Position numbers and translations under genes: made by a program | Source: Longimicrobiales bacterium | Lineage (GTDB): Bacteria; Gemmatimonadota; Gemmatimonadetes; Longimicrobiales; RSA9 | DNA: 64,000 nt | Assembly (NCBI GenBank): GCA_035512635.1 | Contig: DATKDR010000034.1 | Location: forward strand, 2,471 to 66,470 | Reading direction: 5' to 3' | Shown here: in pieces, positions 31,752 through 41,643 of the stretch | How positions within the stretch are numbered: the stretch's first letter is position 1 | Layout: every line of letters begins with the position of its first letter | The notes under the pieces: model-generated | Database searches by the model: none | Told to the model about the DNA's origin: nothing | Seen by the model: only the letters and a program-made list of their open reading frames with translations

Positions 31752-33112
31752 GTGGTGGGCTCGCCCTCCGGCGCGACGTCGGCCGCGGGCTCCGCGACGA
31801 CCACCGTCCGGTTGTCGGGCACGAGATAGGTGCGCGCGACGCGACGGATGTCGTCGATCGTCACCGCACTCAGCCGATCCAGATCGCTGTTGACCCGATC
31901 GACATCACCGCCGTAGAAGCGGGCGGTCTGCAGGTCCATCGAGATCGAGAAAACCGTCTGGCGGCCCATGATGGTGTTGGCGCGCGCCTGGTTCTTCGCC
32001 TTCTGGAGCTCCCGCGGCGTGACGCCTCGCTCGCGGATCCGGTTCAGCTCCTCCTCGACCAGCGCCTCGATGCGCTCCACCGTGACACCCTGATTGGGGA
32101 GCGCGAACAGGTTGAAGTTGCCGGGGCCGCGGCGCGCATCGAGCCCGCCGCCGATGAATGCCGCCGCTTCCTCCTCGCGCACGAGTCGCTCGTGCATGCG
32201 GCTCGATTCGCCCTCCGTCAGGATGCTCGCGAGGAGCTGGAGCGCGTAGACGTCCTCGTGCTCCGCCGGCGGAATCGTGTGCGCCATCATGAACAGCGGC
32301 GTCGTCGCCATGTCGTCCGGGATGACCACCCGTCGCTCGCCGTCCCTCCGCGGCACGCTCGGAATCGGCGGCAGCGCGGGCGGCTCCTCACCCCGCGGAA
32401 TGGCGCCGAAGTACTGCGTCGTCAGCGCGCGCGCCTGCGCCACGGTCACGTCGCCGGCGAGCACCAGCGTCGCGTTGTTCGGCACGTAGTAGCGCCGATA
32501 GAACGACATGACGTCCTCGGTGGTCGCGGCCTCGAGGTCGTCCATGCTGCCGATGACCGTGTGACGGTACGGATCGTAGTTCGTCGACAGCGTATCGAGC
32601 GTGAGGAACGCGGAGCCGTACGGCTGATTGTCGATCCGCATACGCCGCTCTTCCTTCACCACTTCGCGCTCGCGGCCGAAGTTCTCCGCCGTGACGCGCA
32701 GGTTGCGCATCCGCTCCGCCTCCAGCCAGAGCGCGAGATTCAGCCGGTTCGACGGCATGATCTCGAAGTACGCCGTGCGATCTTCGTTCGTGGTGCCGTT
32801 GTACGTGCCGCCGGAGCCCTGGATCAGGTCGCTGAAGTCACCCGACACGAGGTGCTCCGTCTCCTCGAAGAGCATGTGCTCGAACAGGTGCGCGAAGCCG
32901 GAGCGGCCGAGCTCCTCGTTCGCACTGCCGACGTCGTACCAGAGGTTCACGGCGACGATCGGCACCGAGTTGTCCTCGTGCACGAGCACGCGGAGTCCGT
33001 TGTCGAGCGTGAACTCCTCGTACGCGAGCCGCGGCGTCTCCTGCGCCGTCAGCACGCCCGGTACGATCACGCCGATGAGCAGCGCGAGCGCCGTTGCGGT
33101 GCGTCGAATCAT
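31748..33112 (-). CDS. M16 (pitrilysin) family zinc peptidase, catalytic type
   Basis: I trimmed to ATG 33112 (MIRRTATALALLIGVIVPGVLTAQ). HxxEH is intact (GFAHLFEHMLFEE). The stop overlaps the partner gene start (ATGA). Confidence 0.9.
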   Translation of the reverse strand: MIRRTATALALLIGVIVPGVLTAQETPRLAYEEFTLDNGLRVLVHEDNSVPIVAVNLWYDVGSANEELGRSGFAHLFEHMLFEETEHLVSGDFSDLIQGSGGTYNGTTNEDRTAYFEIMPSNRLNLALWLEAERMRNLRVTAENFGREREVVKEERRMRIDNQPYGSAFLTLDTLSTNYDPYRHTVIGSMDDLEAATTEDVMSFYRRYYVPNNATLVLAGDVTVAQARALTTQYFGAIPRGEEPPALPPIPSVPRRDGERRVVIPDDMATTPLFMMAHTIPPAEHEDVYALQLLASILTEGESSRMHERLVREEEAAAFIGGGLDARRGPGNFNLFALPNQGVTVERIEALVEEELNRIRERGVTPRELQKAKNQARANTIMGRQTVFSISMDLQTARFYGGDVDRVNSDLDRLSAVTIDDIRRVARTYLVPDNRTVVVAEPAADVAPEGEPTT

Positions 33113-33285
33113 GGGCTTGCTCCTGATTTCTGCGGATCTCCGTCGCGGAGGCCCTGGAGGCCGCGGGACTGCGACGGAGGTGTGCGGGTGCGTGCGCTGC
33201 ATGCTAACCAGCGGTCGGCGTCGCAGGCAACCGGAATGGGGATGGAACGATGCAGGAAGGGATGGGGGCTTTGGGCTTCGGGCTT

Positions 33286-36156
33286 CTACGCCGCCGCCGA
33301 CTGTGCGAGCAGCGGCCGGAGGTAGCGGGCCGTGTGGCTCGACTCGACCAGCGCGACCTCCTCGGGTGTGCCCATCGCCACGACGCGGCCACCGGCGGGT
33401 CCCGCGCCCGGGCCGAGGTCGATGATCCAGTCGGCCGCGCGGATCACCTCCAGGTTGTGCTCGATCACGAGGACGGTGTGCCCGGCATCGAGGAGGCGGT
33501 TCAGGACGCTCACGAGCGTCACCGCCTCGTTGCCGGAGAGTCCGGTCGTCGGCTCGTCCAGCACGTAAAGACGTCGGCCGCGCCGCTTGCCGGCGCTCAC
33601 CAGCTCGCGCGCGATCTTGAGCCGCTGCGCCTCGCCGCCTGACAGCGTCGGCGCCGGCTGGCCCAGGCGCAGGTAGCCCAGGCCGACCTGCTGAAGCTGC
33701 CACAGCATCTGACCGAGGCGATCCTCCTTGATGAAGAAGCGGATCGCCTCGTCGATCGTGAGGTCGAGCACCTGCCGGATGTTCAGCCCCTTCACGGTGA
33801 CTTCCAGGACCTCCGGCTTGTAGCGCGAGCCGCCGCACAGGTCGCAGGGCACGAAGACGTCGGCGAGGAAGACCATCTCGACCTGCACGAGACCGTCACC
33901 CTTGCACGCCTCGCAGCGGCCGCCCTTCACGTTGAAGGAGAACGTTCCGGCCGTGTAGCCGCGCTGCTTCGCGAGCGGCTGCGAGGCGAAGAGCTCGCGC
34001 ACGCGATCGAAGGCCTTGATGTAGGTGACCGGGTTCGAGCGCGGCGTCCGCCCGATCGGCGACTGATCGACGAGCACGACGGCGTCGAGCTGGCCGGCGC
34101 CTTCCAGCGCATCGAAACGGCCGACCGACTCGCCCAGATGCAGCTTCGCGGAAGTGGCACCCTCGAGCGTGCGCTCCAGCCCGCGATAGAGGACGTCGTG
34201 CACGAGCGTGCTCTTGCCCGACCCCGAAACGCCGGTCACGACGGTGAGCGCACCGATCGGCACGCGCACGTCCACGTCCTCCAGGTTGTGCAGTCGCGCC
34301 CCGCGCAGCTCGATCGCGCGTCCGTCGACGTCGCGACGACGCGTCCCCGCGCTCGCGCCCGCTCCCGCTCCGGCCCCCGCTCCGGAAGCGGTTCGCAGAT
34401 AGCGCCCGGTCACGGTGTCGGCATGCCGCAACGCCTCGACCGTACCCTGAAACACGAGCATGCCGCCCTTCTCGCCGCTGCCGGGACCGAGCTCGACGAC
34501 GTGATCGGCGCTCTCGATCGCGGCGGGATCGTGCTCCACGACGAGGACGGTGTTGCCGGCGTCGCGCAGCTGGCCGAGCAGTCCGAGCAGCCGGTCGTTG
34601 TCGCGCGGATGCAGCCCGATGGTCGGCTCGTCGAGCACATAGAGCGTGTCGACGAGGGCGGCACCGAGCGAGTTCGCGATGTTGATGCGCTGCGCCTCGC
34701 CGCCCGAGAGCGTACGCGTCTGACGCTCGAGCGTCAGGTAGCCGAGTCCGACGTCGTCCAGGAACCGCAGCCGCGAACGGAGCTCCTTCAGGATGGAGGC
34801 GGCGACGCCGCGCTCGTAGTCGGTGAGCCCGAGCGCGTCGATCCGGATGCGTAAATCCTCGATCGAGAGCGCCGAGGCCGAGGCGATGTCCATTTCGTCC
34901 ACGTGCACGTACAGCGCTTCCGGCCGCAGCCGCGCGCCGCGGCAGTCGGGACATTCGATCGCCGTCTGGTATTGCCGCAGGAAGACGCGAATGTACTGCT
35001 TGTAGCGCTTCTTCTCGCGCGACTTCATGAACGACAGCACGCCCCTGAAGCCTTTCCCGCCGCGGATCACGACCTTTCTGAACTTCTCGGGCAGCCTCTC
35101 CCACGCGTCTTTCACGTTCACGCCCTGCGCCTTCGCGTGCTCGAGCAGCTTCTTCCGGTACTTCCTGTAGCGCGGCTTCTCCCACGGATCGATGGCGCCC
35201 TTGTCGAGCGAGCGGGTCGTGTCGGGGACGATCAGCGCCTCGTCGTACTCGAGCACGGCGCCGAAGCCGGTGCAGCGCGGACAGGAGCCGTACGGGTTGT
35301 TGAACGAGAAGAGGCGGGGCGACGGCTCGATGAAAGCGATGTCGGGATGATCGGGACAGCGGAAGCGCTCGGTGAAACGCAGGGTCGCACCCTCGCCTTC
35401 CACGACCGCGATCGCCTCCCCTTCCCCCTCCGCGAACGCGGTCGACAGGGAATCGGCGAGACGGCCACGCAGGTCGTCGACCCCGCCGCCGTCGCCGTCC
35501 GCGGGGATGCGCAGCCGATCGACGACGACCAGGAGCTCGCGCGAGCCGGCGAGGTCGTGACCGAGCTTCTGCGCCGCTTCGGCGCCCGGCTCGTCCAGCC
35601 GCAGGGTCACGCCCGCGACGAGGACCCGCTGGAAGCCGAGCGCGCGCAGGTTCTCGACGATCGTCTTGTGATCCACGCGCGCACTGCGCGGCAGGGGGAA
35701 CGCGACCTGGAAGCGGCTGCCGGCCGGAAGCGCGAGCGCGCGATCCGTGGCCGACTGCACGGTGTCCGGCCGCACGTCGCGCCCGCACGCGGGGCAGTGC
35801 ACGCGGCCCACGCGCGCCCACAGCAGGCGCAGGTAGTCGTGCACCTCGGTCGCGGTGCCCACGGTCGAGCGGCTGGTCTTGGTCGGGTTCTTCTGCTCGA
35901 TCGCGACCGCCGGGCTGATGCCTTCCACACGGTCGACCGCGGGCTTCTCCATGCGATCGAGGAACTGCTTCGCGTACGACGAGAGGGACTCGATGTAGCG
36001 GCGCTGTCCCTCCGCGTAGATCGTGTCGAAGGCGAGCGACGACTTGCCCGATCCGCTCGGACCGGTGACGACGATGAGCGACCGGCGCGGCAGGTCGAGA
36101 TCGATGCCCTTGAGGTTGTGCTGCCGTGCATTGCGCACGACGATCTTCGACTTCAT
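33286..36156 (-). CDS. uvrA: Excinuclease ABC subunit A
   Basis: I trimmed to ATG 36156 ([23 protein letters not shown]). Two ABC modules ([23 protein letters not shown]; [11 protein letters not shown]), zinc-finger cysteines, and two LSGGEAQR motifs. Confidence 0.97.
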   Translation of the reverse strand: MKSKIVVRNARQHNLKGIDLDLPRRSLIVVTGPSGSGKSSLAFDTIYAEGQRRYIESLSSYAKQFLDRMEKPAVDRVEGISPAVAIEQKNPTKTSRSTVGTATEVHDYLRLLWARVGRVHCPACGRDVRPDTVQSATDRALALPAGSRFQVAFPLPRSARVDHKTIVENLRALGFQRVLVAGVTLRLDEPGAEAAQKLGHDLAGSRELLVVVDRLRIPADGDGGGVDDLRGRLADSLSTAFAEGEGEAIAVVEGEGATLRFTERFRCPDHPDIAFIEPSPRLFSFNNPYGSCPRCTGFGAVLEYDEALIVPDTTRSLDKGAIDPWEKPRYRKYRKKLLEHAKAQGVNVKDAWERLPEKFRKVVIRGGKGFRGVLSFMKSREKKRYKQYIRVFLRQYQTAIECPDCRGARLRPEALYVHVDEMDIASASALSIEDLRIRIDALGLTDYERGVAASILKELRSRLRFLDDVGLGYLTLERQTRTLSGGEAQRINIANSLGAALVDTLYVLDEPTIGLHPRDNDRLLGLLGQLRDAGNTVLVVEHDPAAIESADHVVELGPGSGEKGGMLVFQGTVEALRHADTVTGRYLRTASGAGAGAGAGASAGTRRRDVDGRAIELRGARLHNLEDVDVRVPIGALTVVTGVSGSGKSTLVHDVLYRGLERTLEGATSAKLHLGESVGRFDALEGAGQLDAVVLVDQSPIGRTPRSNPVTYIKAFDRVRELFASQPLAKQRGYTAGTFSFNVKGGRCEACKGDGLVQVEMVFLADVFVPCDLCGGSRYKPEVLEVTVKGLNIRQVLDLTIDEAIRFFIKEDRLGQMLWQLQQVGLGYLRLGQPAPTLSGGEAQRLKIARELVSAGKRRGRRLYVLDEPTTGLSGNEAVTLVSVLNRLLDAGHTVLVIEHNLEVIRAADWIIDLGPGAGPAGGRVVAMGTPEEVALVESSHTARYLRPLLAQSAAA

Positions 36157-36377
36157 CGCTGCTCCACTGCCCGCTGACCTGCACTGCGCTCGTCCGGCCG
36201 ACGCCGCGCGGGCTCTCGTCCCGCGCGCCGGCAATTCGTCCCCGAGCCAATACCCCGCAGGGATCCCTCGGCGTCATAGCTGTCGAGGATGGTCGAAACC
36301 GTGAGCCACTGCGTGCCGTAGGGTGCCGCGAGGCAACAACCATCGACCATGAACGATCCCCGCAGGAGGGTATCCAT

Positions 36378-36518
36378 ATGCAGAGCCATTCGAAAGCAAT
36401 CGACCGGAGCATCGTCCGCATCGCCATCGCGCAGGCGGTCGGAGCCGCGACGCTCTATCTCGTCGTGATCGGCAGCGTCATGTACCAGGTTGCGGTCGCC
36501 GCCGGCTACACGGGCTGA
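36378..36518 (+). CDS. Small hypothetical membrane protein (46 aa)
   Basis: ATG 36378 is preceded by AGGAGGG with an 8-nt spacer. One hydrophobic segment (IAIAQAVGAATLYLVVIGSVMYQVAVAAG). Confidence 0.45.
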   Translation: MQSHSKAIDRSIVRIAIAQAVGAATLYLVVIGSVMYQVAVAAGYTG

Positions 36519-36533
36519 AGCCGGCGCGCAGGA

Positions 36534-37658
36534 GTGCGCCGGGCTCCGGATCATCGCGAGATCCGGAGCCCGCGCGCCGGCGCGGTACCTGCCGGTCGGT
36601 TTTCGAGTCGGGCCGCCGTAGCTTGTCGGCTCGACTCCCGAAAACCGGCGGCGCCCTTCCAGGAGCTCCGTTTGACCTTTCAGCCCGAGGTGTTTCGCGC
36701 GGCGTGGTGGCTGCCGGGCGCGCACGCGCAGACCATCGCCGGGCGAGTGCTGCGCCCGCTCGACCTGCTGCCGCTCGAGCGGGAGCGGATCGACACGCCG
36801 GACGGGGACTTCGTCGACCTCGACTTTGCGCCCGAGCCGTCGCTGGCCGCGCCCCGCCGCCCCGTCGTCCTCGTGCTCCACGGGCTGGAAGGCTCCGCGC
36901 GACGCGGCTACGCCTGGATCACCTATCGGGAGCTGGCCCGTGTCGGCATCCGCGGCGTCGGCTTGAACTTCCGTTCCTGCTCCGGCGAGCCCAACCGCCT
37001 CCCTCGCTTCTACCACTCCGGCGATACCGAAGACGTGCGCCACGTGGTATCGGTGCTGCGCGGGCGCTTCGGCTCGCGCCCCGTCGGCGCCATCGGCTTC
37101 TCGCTCGGCGGCAACGCGCTGCTCAAGTACCTGGGCGAGGAGGGCGATGCCTCCGGGATCGAGGCAGCGGTCGCTGTTTCGGTCCCCTACGACCTCGACG
37201 CCGGCGAGCGGCACCTCGATCAGGATCCGGTGTCGCGCGTCTACGTGCGGCGCTTTGTGCGCAGCCTTCAGGAGAAAGCGGCGCTGAAGGAGCGTGACCT
37301 GCGCGAGCGCTGCGACTACGACGCCATCCGTCGCGCGCGCTCGTTTCGCGAATTCGACGAGGCCGCGACTGCGCCGCTGCACGGCTTCGCGAGCGCCGCC
37401 GACTACTACGCCCGCTCCAGCTCAGCGCCGTTCCTGCATCGCATCCGCGTGCCGACGCTGCTCATCCATGCGCTCGACGATCCCTTTCTGCCGCCCGACG
37501 CGCTGCCGCACGAGGCGCTGCGCCGGAATCCGCTGCTCGAGCATGCCTGGACCGAGCGCGGCGGGCATGTCGGCTTCATCGGCGGCACCCTGCGCCGGCC
37601 TGATTTCTGGGCCGAGCGGCAGGCCGCCCGCTACCTCGCGCTGCGCCTCTCCGCGTGA
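36534..37658 (+). CDS. Alpha/beta hydrolase (YheT/ABHD1-3-like); start uncertain (possibly TTG 36672)
   Basis: WWLPGAHAQTI N-terminal motif, HGLEGS, nucleophile elbow GFSLGGN, and C-terminal D/H residues (DDPF ... GGHVGF). Confidence 0.8.
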   Translation: MRRAPDHREIRSPRAGAVPAGRFSSRAAVACRLDSRKPAAPFQELRLTFQPEVFRAAWWLPGAHAQTIAGRVLRPLDLLPLERERIDTPDGDFVDLDFAPEPSLAAPRRPVVLVLHGLEGSARRGYAWITYRELARVGIRGVGLNFRSCSGEPNRLPRFYHSGDTEDVRHVVSVLRGRFGSRPVGAIGFSLGGNALLKYLGEEGDASGIEAAVAVSVPYDLDAGERHLDQDPVSRVYVRRFVRSLQEKAALKERDLRERCDYDAIRRARSFREFDEAATAPLHGFASAADYYARSSSAPFLHRIRVPTLLIHALDDPFLPPDALPHEALRRNPLLEHAWTERGGHVGFIGGTLRRPDFWAERQAARYLALRLSA

Positions 37659-37760
37659 TCCGCCGCGTGGCTCGGTCGCTGGCCCTAAACCTGCAACTAT
37701 CAGCAAGTTACACGGTCGAACGATTCCGCCGGGATATTCCGGCCCGACGACAAGGCAGCA

Positions 37761-38849
37761 ATGACTGATCAGCAGCGCCGTGCTCCCGAAACCGATCGCA
37801 GCGACCGCAGCTCGCAACGCAGCAAATCCGACGACGCGACGACGACCACCATAGGACGCGAAGGCAGGGGCGGCATGTTCCGGCGGGTGTCGGGTCGCAA
37901 CGCCATGGCGGCTGGTCTCGCGGCCACCTCGTTCGGAGCGCTCGCCGGCGCCACGGCAGGCCCGACGTCGCGGACGGCATCCGGCTCGGGCGAACTAGCG
38001 GGTGCGGGCGACGACGTGGTGCGCGATCTCGAGATCCGTCAGGACTGGGACATCGAAGTCACGCGCAACGATCAGGTGGAGTTCTTCATCGAGTTCCTGA
38101 TGGGCAAGAACCACGACAAGACGAAGCTCTGGCTGGAGCGCCTCGGCCACTACGGCCCGATGATCCAGGAGAGGCTCGCGGAGCGTGGCATGCCGCAGGA
38201 TCTGATCTGGCTCGCCATGATCGAGAGCGGACTCGACGCGAATGCTTACTCCTCGGCGGATGCGGCCGGTATCTGGCAGTTCATTGAGCCGACCGGCGAG
38301 CGGTACGGGCTCGAGGTCTCGAAGTACGTCGACGAGCGACGCAATCCCGAGAAGGCAACGGACGCGGCGCTCGACTATCTGCAGGAGCTCCACGAACGCT
38401 TCGGAAGCTGGTACCTCGCCGCGGCTTCCTACAACACCGGCGAGAATCGCGTCGATCGCGTGCTCAACGAGCGCGCGGGCGGTCAGAAGGGCGTCGAGTC
38501 CGTCTTCTGGGACATCGCCGCACACCTGCCGCGCGAGACCCGCGACTACGTTCCCGTGATGCTCGCGATGGGCCACATCGGCAAGGACCCCGAGCAGTTC
38601 GGGTTCACCGACCTCCAGCTGCAGGAGGCGCGGGCCTTCGACATGGTGCGTCTGCCCGGCGGAACCCGTCTGGAGAAGGTCGCCCAGACGCTCGGCATGG
38701 ACCCCGACTCGCTCTACGACCTGAATCCCGAGCTGATCCAGCAGATGACGCCGCCCGACCGTGAATGGGACGTGCGTATCCCGGCCGGCCAGTCGGAAAC
38801 CTTCCTCGCCCGGTGGACCGGCGGCGCGACCAGCGGGCAGCAGGCGTGA
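37761..38849 (+). CDS. Lytic murein transglycosylase (SLT domain, MltD-like); start uncertain (alternative ATG at 37875)
   Basis: WLAMIESGLDANAYSSADAAGIWQF (catalytic Glu context) and AASYNTGENRV. Confidence 0.85.
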   Translation: MTDQQRRAPETDRSDRSSQRSKSDDATTTTIGREGRGGMFRRVSGRNAMAAGLAATSFGALAGATAGPTSRTASGSGELAGAGDDVVRDLEIRQDWDIEVTRNDQVEFFIEFLMGKNHDKTKLWLERLGHYGPMIQERLAERGMPQDLIWLAMIESGLDANAYSSADAAGIWQFIEPTGERYGLEVSKYVDERRNPEKATDAALDYLQELHERFGSWYLAAASYNTGENRVDRVLNERAGGQKGVESVFWDIAAHLPRETRDYVPVMLAMGHIGKDPEQFGFTDLQLQEARAFDMVRLPGGTRLEKVAQTLGMDPDSLYDLNPELIQQMTPPDREWDVRIPAGQSETFLARWTGGATSGQQA

Positions 38850-38855
38850 AAGCAG

Positions 38856-38876
38856 GCGCTAGGCGCTAGGCACTAG
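38856..38876. repeat. Heptamer array GCGCTAG GCGCTAG GCACTAG
   Basis: Direct reading. It begins 7 nt after the transglycosylase stop (38847-38849). Confidence 0.9.
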
Positions 38877-38882
38877 CAACAG

Positions 38883-38920
38883 AAAAAAAAAACGGGCGGT
38901 CCCTCGAGGGGATCGCCCGT
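38883..38920 (-). terminator. Rho-independent terminator of the DEAD-box helicase gene
   Basis: On the minus strand: ACGGGCGATCCCCTCGAGGGACCGCCCGT hairpin (ACGGGCG/CGCCCGT plus inner CCTCGAGG), followed by T10 (A10 at 38883-38892 on the plus strand). Confidence 0.8.
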
Positions 38921-38943
38921 ATCTGTTCACGCGCACTCTTTGG

Positions 38944-38978
38944 CCAGAGCCTAGAGCCTAGTGCCTAGTGCCTAGCTC
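38944..38978. repeat. Heptamer array CCAGAGC CTAGAGC CTAGTGC CTAGTGC CTAGCTC (near reverse complement of the 38856 array)
   Basis: Direct reading. The helicase stop codon (CTA = TAG, 38972-38974) lies inside the last unit. Confidence 0.9.
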
Positions 38979-40225
38979 CCCAGCAGCGCCTTCAGCTCCT
39001 CCGGCGACAGGTCCGCGGCGCGGCGGCTGCCGAGGCGGCTGCCAGTGCGGTTGGTGCGCACGGCCGGGGCGCGCTCCTGCGTCGCCGCGCCGCCACCATG
39101 CGGATAATCGTATTCGGGGAGTGAGACGCGCGGCAGCACGTAGCCGAGGGTCTGCTCGATTGAGCGCACGAGGGCGAGGTCCATTCCCGTCATCAGCGTG
39201 ATCGCGTCGCCCTTCGCCCCCGCGCGGCCGGTGCGGCCGATGCGGTGCACGTAATCCTCGGGGTCCTGCGGCACGTCGTAGTTGATGACGTGGCTGATGC
39301 CCTCGATGTCCAGGCCGCGCTGCGCGACATCGGTCGCGACCAGCACGCGGATGTGCCCTTCGTCGAACGCCTCGAGCGCCTTCATGCGCTGCTTCATGTT
39401 GCGATCGCCGTGCATGACGCCGACGGACACGCCCGCGCGCTCCAGCCGGGTGCCGAGCGTATCGGCGCCGATCTTCGTGCGCGTGAAGACGAGCACCTGA
39501 TCCATCCCCTCACGCTCGAGCAGCTCGATCACCAGGTCCGCCTTCTTCTCGGGACGGACCGGATACACCACCTGCTCGACGTTCTCGGCGGCCATCTTTT
39601 CCGGGGAGGCGCTGACCCACAGCGGGTCCTTGAGGATGCGGAGCGCGAGCGCGTGCACGCCGTTGGGCATGGTCGCGGAGAAGAGCAGCGTCTGCCGCTT
39701 CGTCGGCACCGTCTTCAGGATCTCCTCGATTTGAGGCCGGAACCCCATGTCGAGCATGCGGTCCGCCTCGTCCAGCACCAGCGTCTCGATCGTCCGGAGG
39801 TTCACGTTGCCGCGCCCCACGTGATCGATCAGCCGGCCGGGCGTGGCGACCACCACGTCCGGGTGCGCCTTCAGATCGCGGATCTGCGGCCCCATCGGCA
39901 TGCCGCCGACGATTTCCACCACCCATGCTCCCGTCGGCGTGCCGAGCTCGCGAGCGTCGGCTGCCACCTGCTGCGCGAGCTCCCGCGTCGGGCAGAGGAC
40001 CAGCAGGCGCAGACCTTCGCTGCCCTCCTGGCGCTCCAGGATGGGGAGCAGGAAGGCTCCCGTCTTGCCCGTGCCCGTCTGGGCGACGCCGACCAGATCC
40101 CGTCCCTCCCGGATGGCGGGAATCGCCTTCTTCTGAATGGGCGTCGGCTCCGTCCAGCCCAGAGCCTGTACGGCCTCCAGCAGCTTCGGCGACGCTACGA
40201 GTTCACTGAATTCCTGACTTTCCAT
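38972..40225 (-). CDS. DEAD-box ATP-dependent RNA helicase (RhlE-like)
   Basis: Q-motif region, AQTGTGKT, PTRELA, DEAD (LVLDEADRMLDMGF), SAT, and HRIGRTGRAG. Confidence 0.95.
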   Translation of the reverse strand: MESQEFSELVASPKLLEAVQALGWTEPTPIQKKAIPAIREGRDLVGVAQTGTGKTGAFLLPILERQEGSEGLRLLVLCPTRELAQQVAADARELGTPTGAWVVEIVGGMPMGPQIRDLKAHPDVVVATPGRLIDHVGRGNVNLRTIETLVLDEADRMLDMGFRPQIEEILKTVPTKRQTLLFSATMPNGVHALALRILKDPLWVSASPEKMAAENVEQVVYPVRPEKKADLVIELLEREGMDQVLVFTRTKIGADTLGTRLERAGVSVGVMHGDRNMKQRMKALEAFDEGHIRVLVATDVAQRGLDIEGISHVINYDVPQDPEDYVHRIGRTGRAGAKGDAITLMTGMDLALVRSIEQTLGYVLPRVSLPEYDYPHGGGAATQERAPAVRTNRTGSRLGSRRAADLSPEELKALLGS

Positions 40226-40390
40226 ACGACTTTGTGTTCCCCTTACGAATAGCGCGGACCGCCCGCTCGGACTGGTCCGCGCATTGCACGTCGTGCTCCA
40301 CGAGCGGCTTCGGTCGCGGCTCCTGGTTCTCTAATCCATTAAGATAATGGAACTTGCCGGCTTTCTCAATGAACCCGGAAGGGGCTTCCG

Positions 40391-41239
40391 GTGAAGCCTG
40401 CCCGCATTCTGGCCGCTCTTCGCATTCGCCAGGGCCGGGTTCTCGCCCCTCACGCCTACGGTGGGGAGCCGGATGCGATCCGGCTGGTAGACGATTTCAC
40501 GGCCGCGGGCGCGACCGAGATCGCCATAATCGAGATGGTCCAGCAGGGCGGAAGCCTCGAGGATTCACTCGCGCTGATCCGGCGGCTGCGGCGTCAGCAC
40601 CCGCACGTCCGCATCGCGGCGGGCGGTGGCGTCGGCGGCCTGGACGACGTGGGTCGCCTGCTCCAGGCGGGCGCGGACCGCGCCATCGTCGGCACCGCGG
40701 CGATCGTCAATCCGGAGCTGCTGCGACAGGCCGCGCAGCGCTTCGGGAGGGACACCATTCTCGCGAGCATGGAGGTCCGCCTGGAGCGGCGCCGCGGCGA
40801 GGAAACGGTGGACGTGTCCGGTGATCGGACGCTACTGCTCGATACCGTGACCACCGGCGGCTGGTATCGCGTCTACGTCCGCGGCGGCACCACCGCGACG
40901 TCACGCGACGCGATCAGCTGGGCCTCGCAATGCGCCGAGATGGGAATCGACGAGCTCATGGTGACGAGCATCGATCCATCGGGGGAGGCGTCGCATTTCG
41001 ACCTGGAGCTCATCGGCCGCATCAGCGAGAGCGTGCCCGCGTCGGTTCTGGCCGCCGGACCCGCGCCGGCCACCGAGATGCTGGTGCGCCTCTTCACGCT
41101 GGCGGGTGGTGGCGGCGTCGTCGTCCTGGACGCCGCGCTGGGTTCGCCGGATGTCATCACGAGGCTGCGCCACGCCATCGAAGCCGCGGGTGTGCCCGTC
41201 GAGGGTGGCATGCCAACCCAACAGCCGCGGCTAGGCTAG
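40391..41239 (+). CDS. Divergent HisA/HisF-family (beta/alpha)8-barrel protein, probably not a canonical HisF
   Basis: GTG start. AAGGGVGGLDDVGRLLQAGADRAIVGTAAI and ELMVTSIDPSGEASHFDLELI resemble HisF. By eye-alignment, though, the catalytic Asp positions read R (AALRI) and E (SMEVR), and the second GG phosphate loop reads AAGPAP. Confidence 0.65.
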   Translation: MKPARILAALRIRQGRVLAPHAYGGEPDAIRLVDDFTAAGATEIAIIEMVQQGGSLEDSLALIRRLRRQHPHVRIAAGGGVGGLDDVGRLLQAGADRAIVGTAAIVNPELLRQAAQRFGRDTILASMEVRLERRRGEETVDVSGDRTLLLDTVTTGGWYRVYVRGGTTATSRDAISWASQCAEMGIDELMVTSIDPSGEASHFDLELIGRISESVPASVLAAGPAPATEMLVRLFTLAGGGGVVVLDAALGSPDVITRLRHAIEAAGVPVEGGMPTQQPRLG

Positions 41240-41275
41240 CGAGCGCCTGACGGGCTGGACTTCGGAACGATCCCC

Positions 41276-41542
41276 CTAAATCCGTCGACGCCGGCCGACG
41301 AACGCGCGATAGATCGCGAGCAGGATGACGGCGCCGAGGACCGCGAGCAGCAGCGAGACCAGATCGAAAGCCGGTGACGCGCTGCGTCCCAGGAGCGCGC
41401 GGCCGATGAAGCCGCCGATCAGGGCGCCGACGATGCCGATGACCATCGTCACGATGCAGCCGCCCGGATCCTTGCCCGGCATGATGAATTTGGCGAGACC
41501 ACCCGCGATGAGGCCGAAGATGATCCAAGCTATGATGTTCAT
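41276..41542 (-). CDS. GlsB/YeaQ/YmgE family (transglycosylase-associated) small membrane protein
   Basis: 88 aa with MNIIAWIIFGLIAGGLAKFIMPGKDPGG...GIVGALIGGFIG. Confidence 0.85.
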   Translation of the reverse strand: MNIIAWIIFGLIAGGLAKFIMPGKDPGGCIVTMVIGIVGALIGGFIGRALLGRSASPAFDLVSLLLAVLGAVILLAIYRAFVGRRRRI

Positions 41543-41643
41543 GGGGTTCCGCCCCGGCGAATAGGTCCGATCCAGCCGTCCGAGAACGCTTGGTCAAGAT
41601 CCGGACCGGCGGACTCCGCGGCGCAGCGCGCCGACCGGCGCCC

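Noticed and set aside
34330-34395. [11 protein letters not shown] low-complexity stretch inside uvrA, with CCGCTC-like nucleotide repeats resembling the 24.7 kb array unit
   Set aside because: The UvrA segment length here is about normal for the linker preceding the second ABC module. There is no opposed inverted arm, so I regard it as ordinary low complexity rather than an inserted element.
40252-40282. 9-bp hairpin GCGCGGACC...GGTCCGCGC in the leader of the DEAD-box helicase gene (possible cold-shock-type 5' UTR element)
   Set aside because: It is a single short stem with a 13-nt loop and no further conserved features that I can evaluate. That is insufficient to call a regulatory element.
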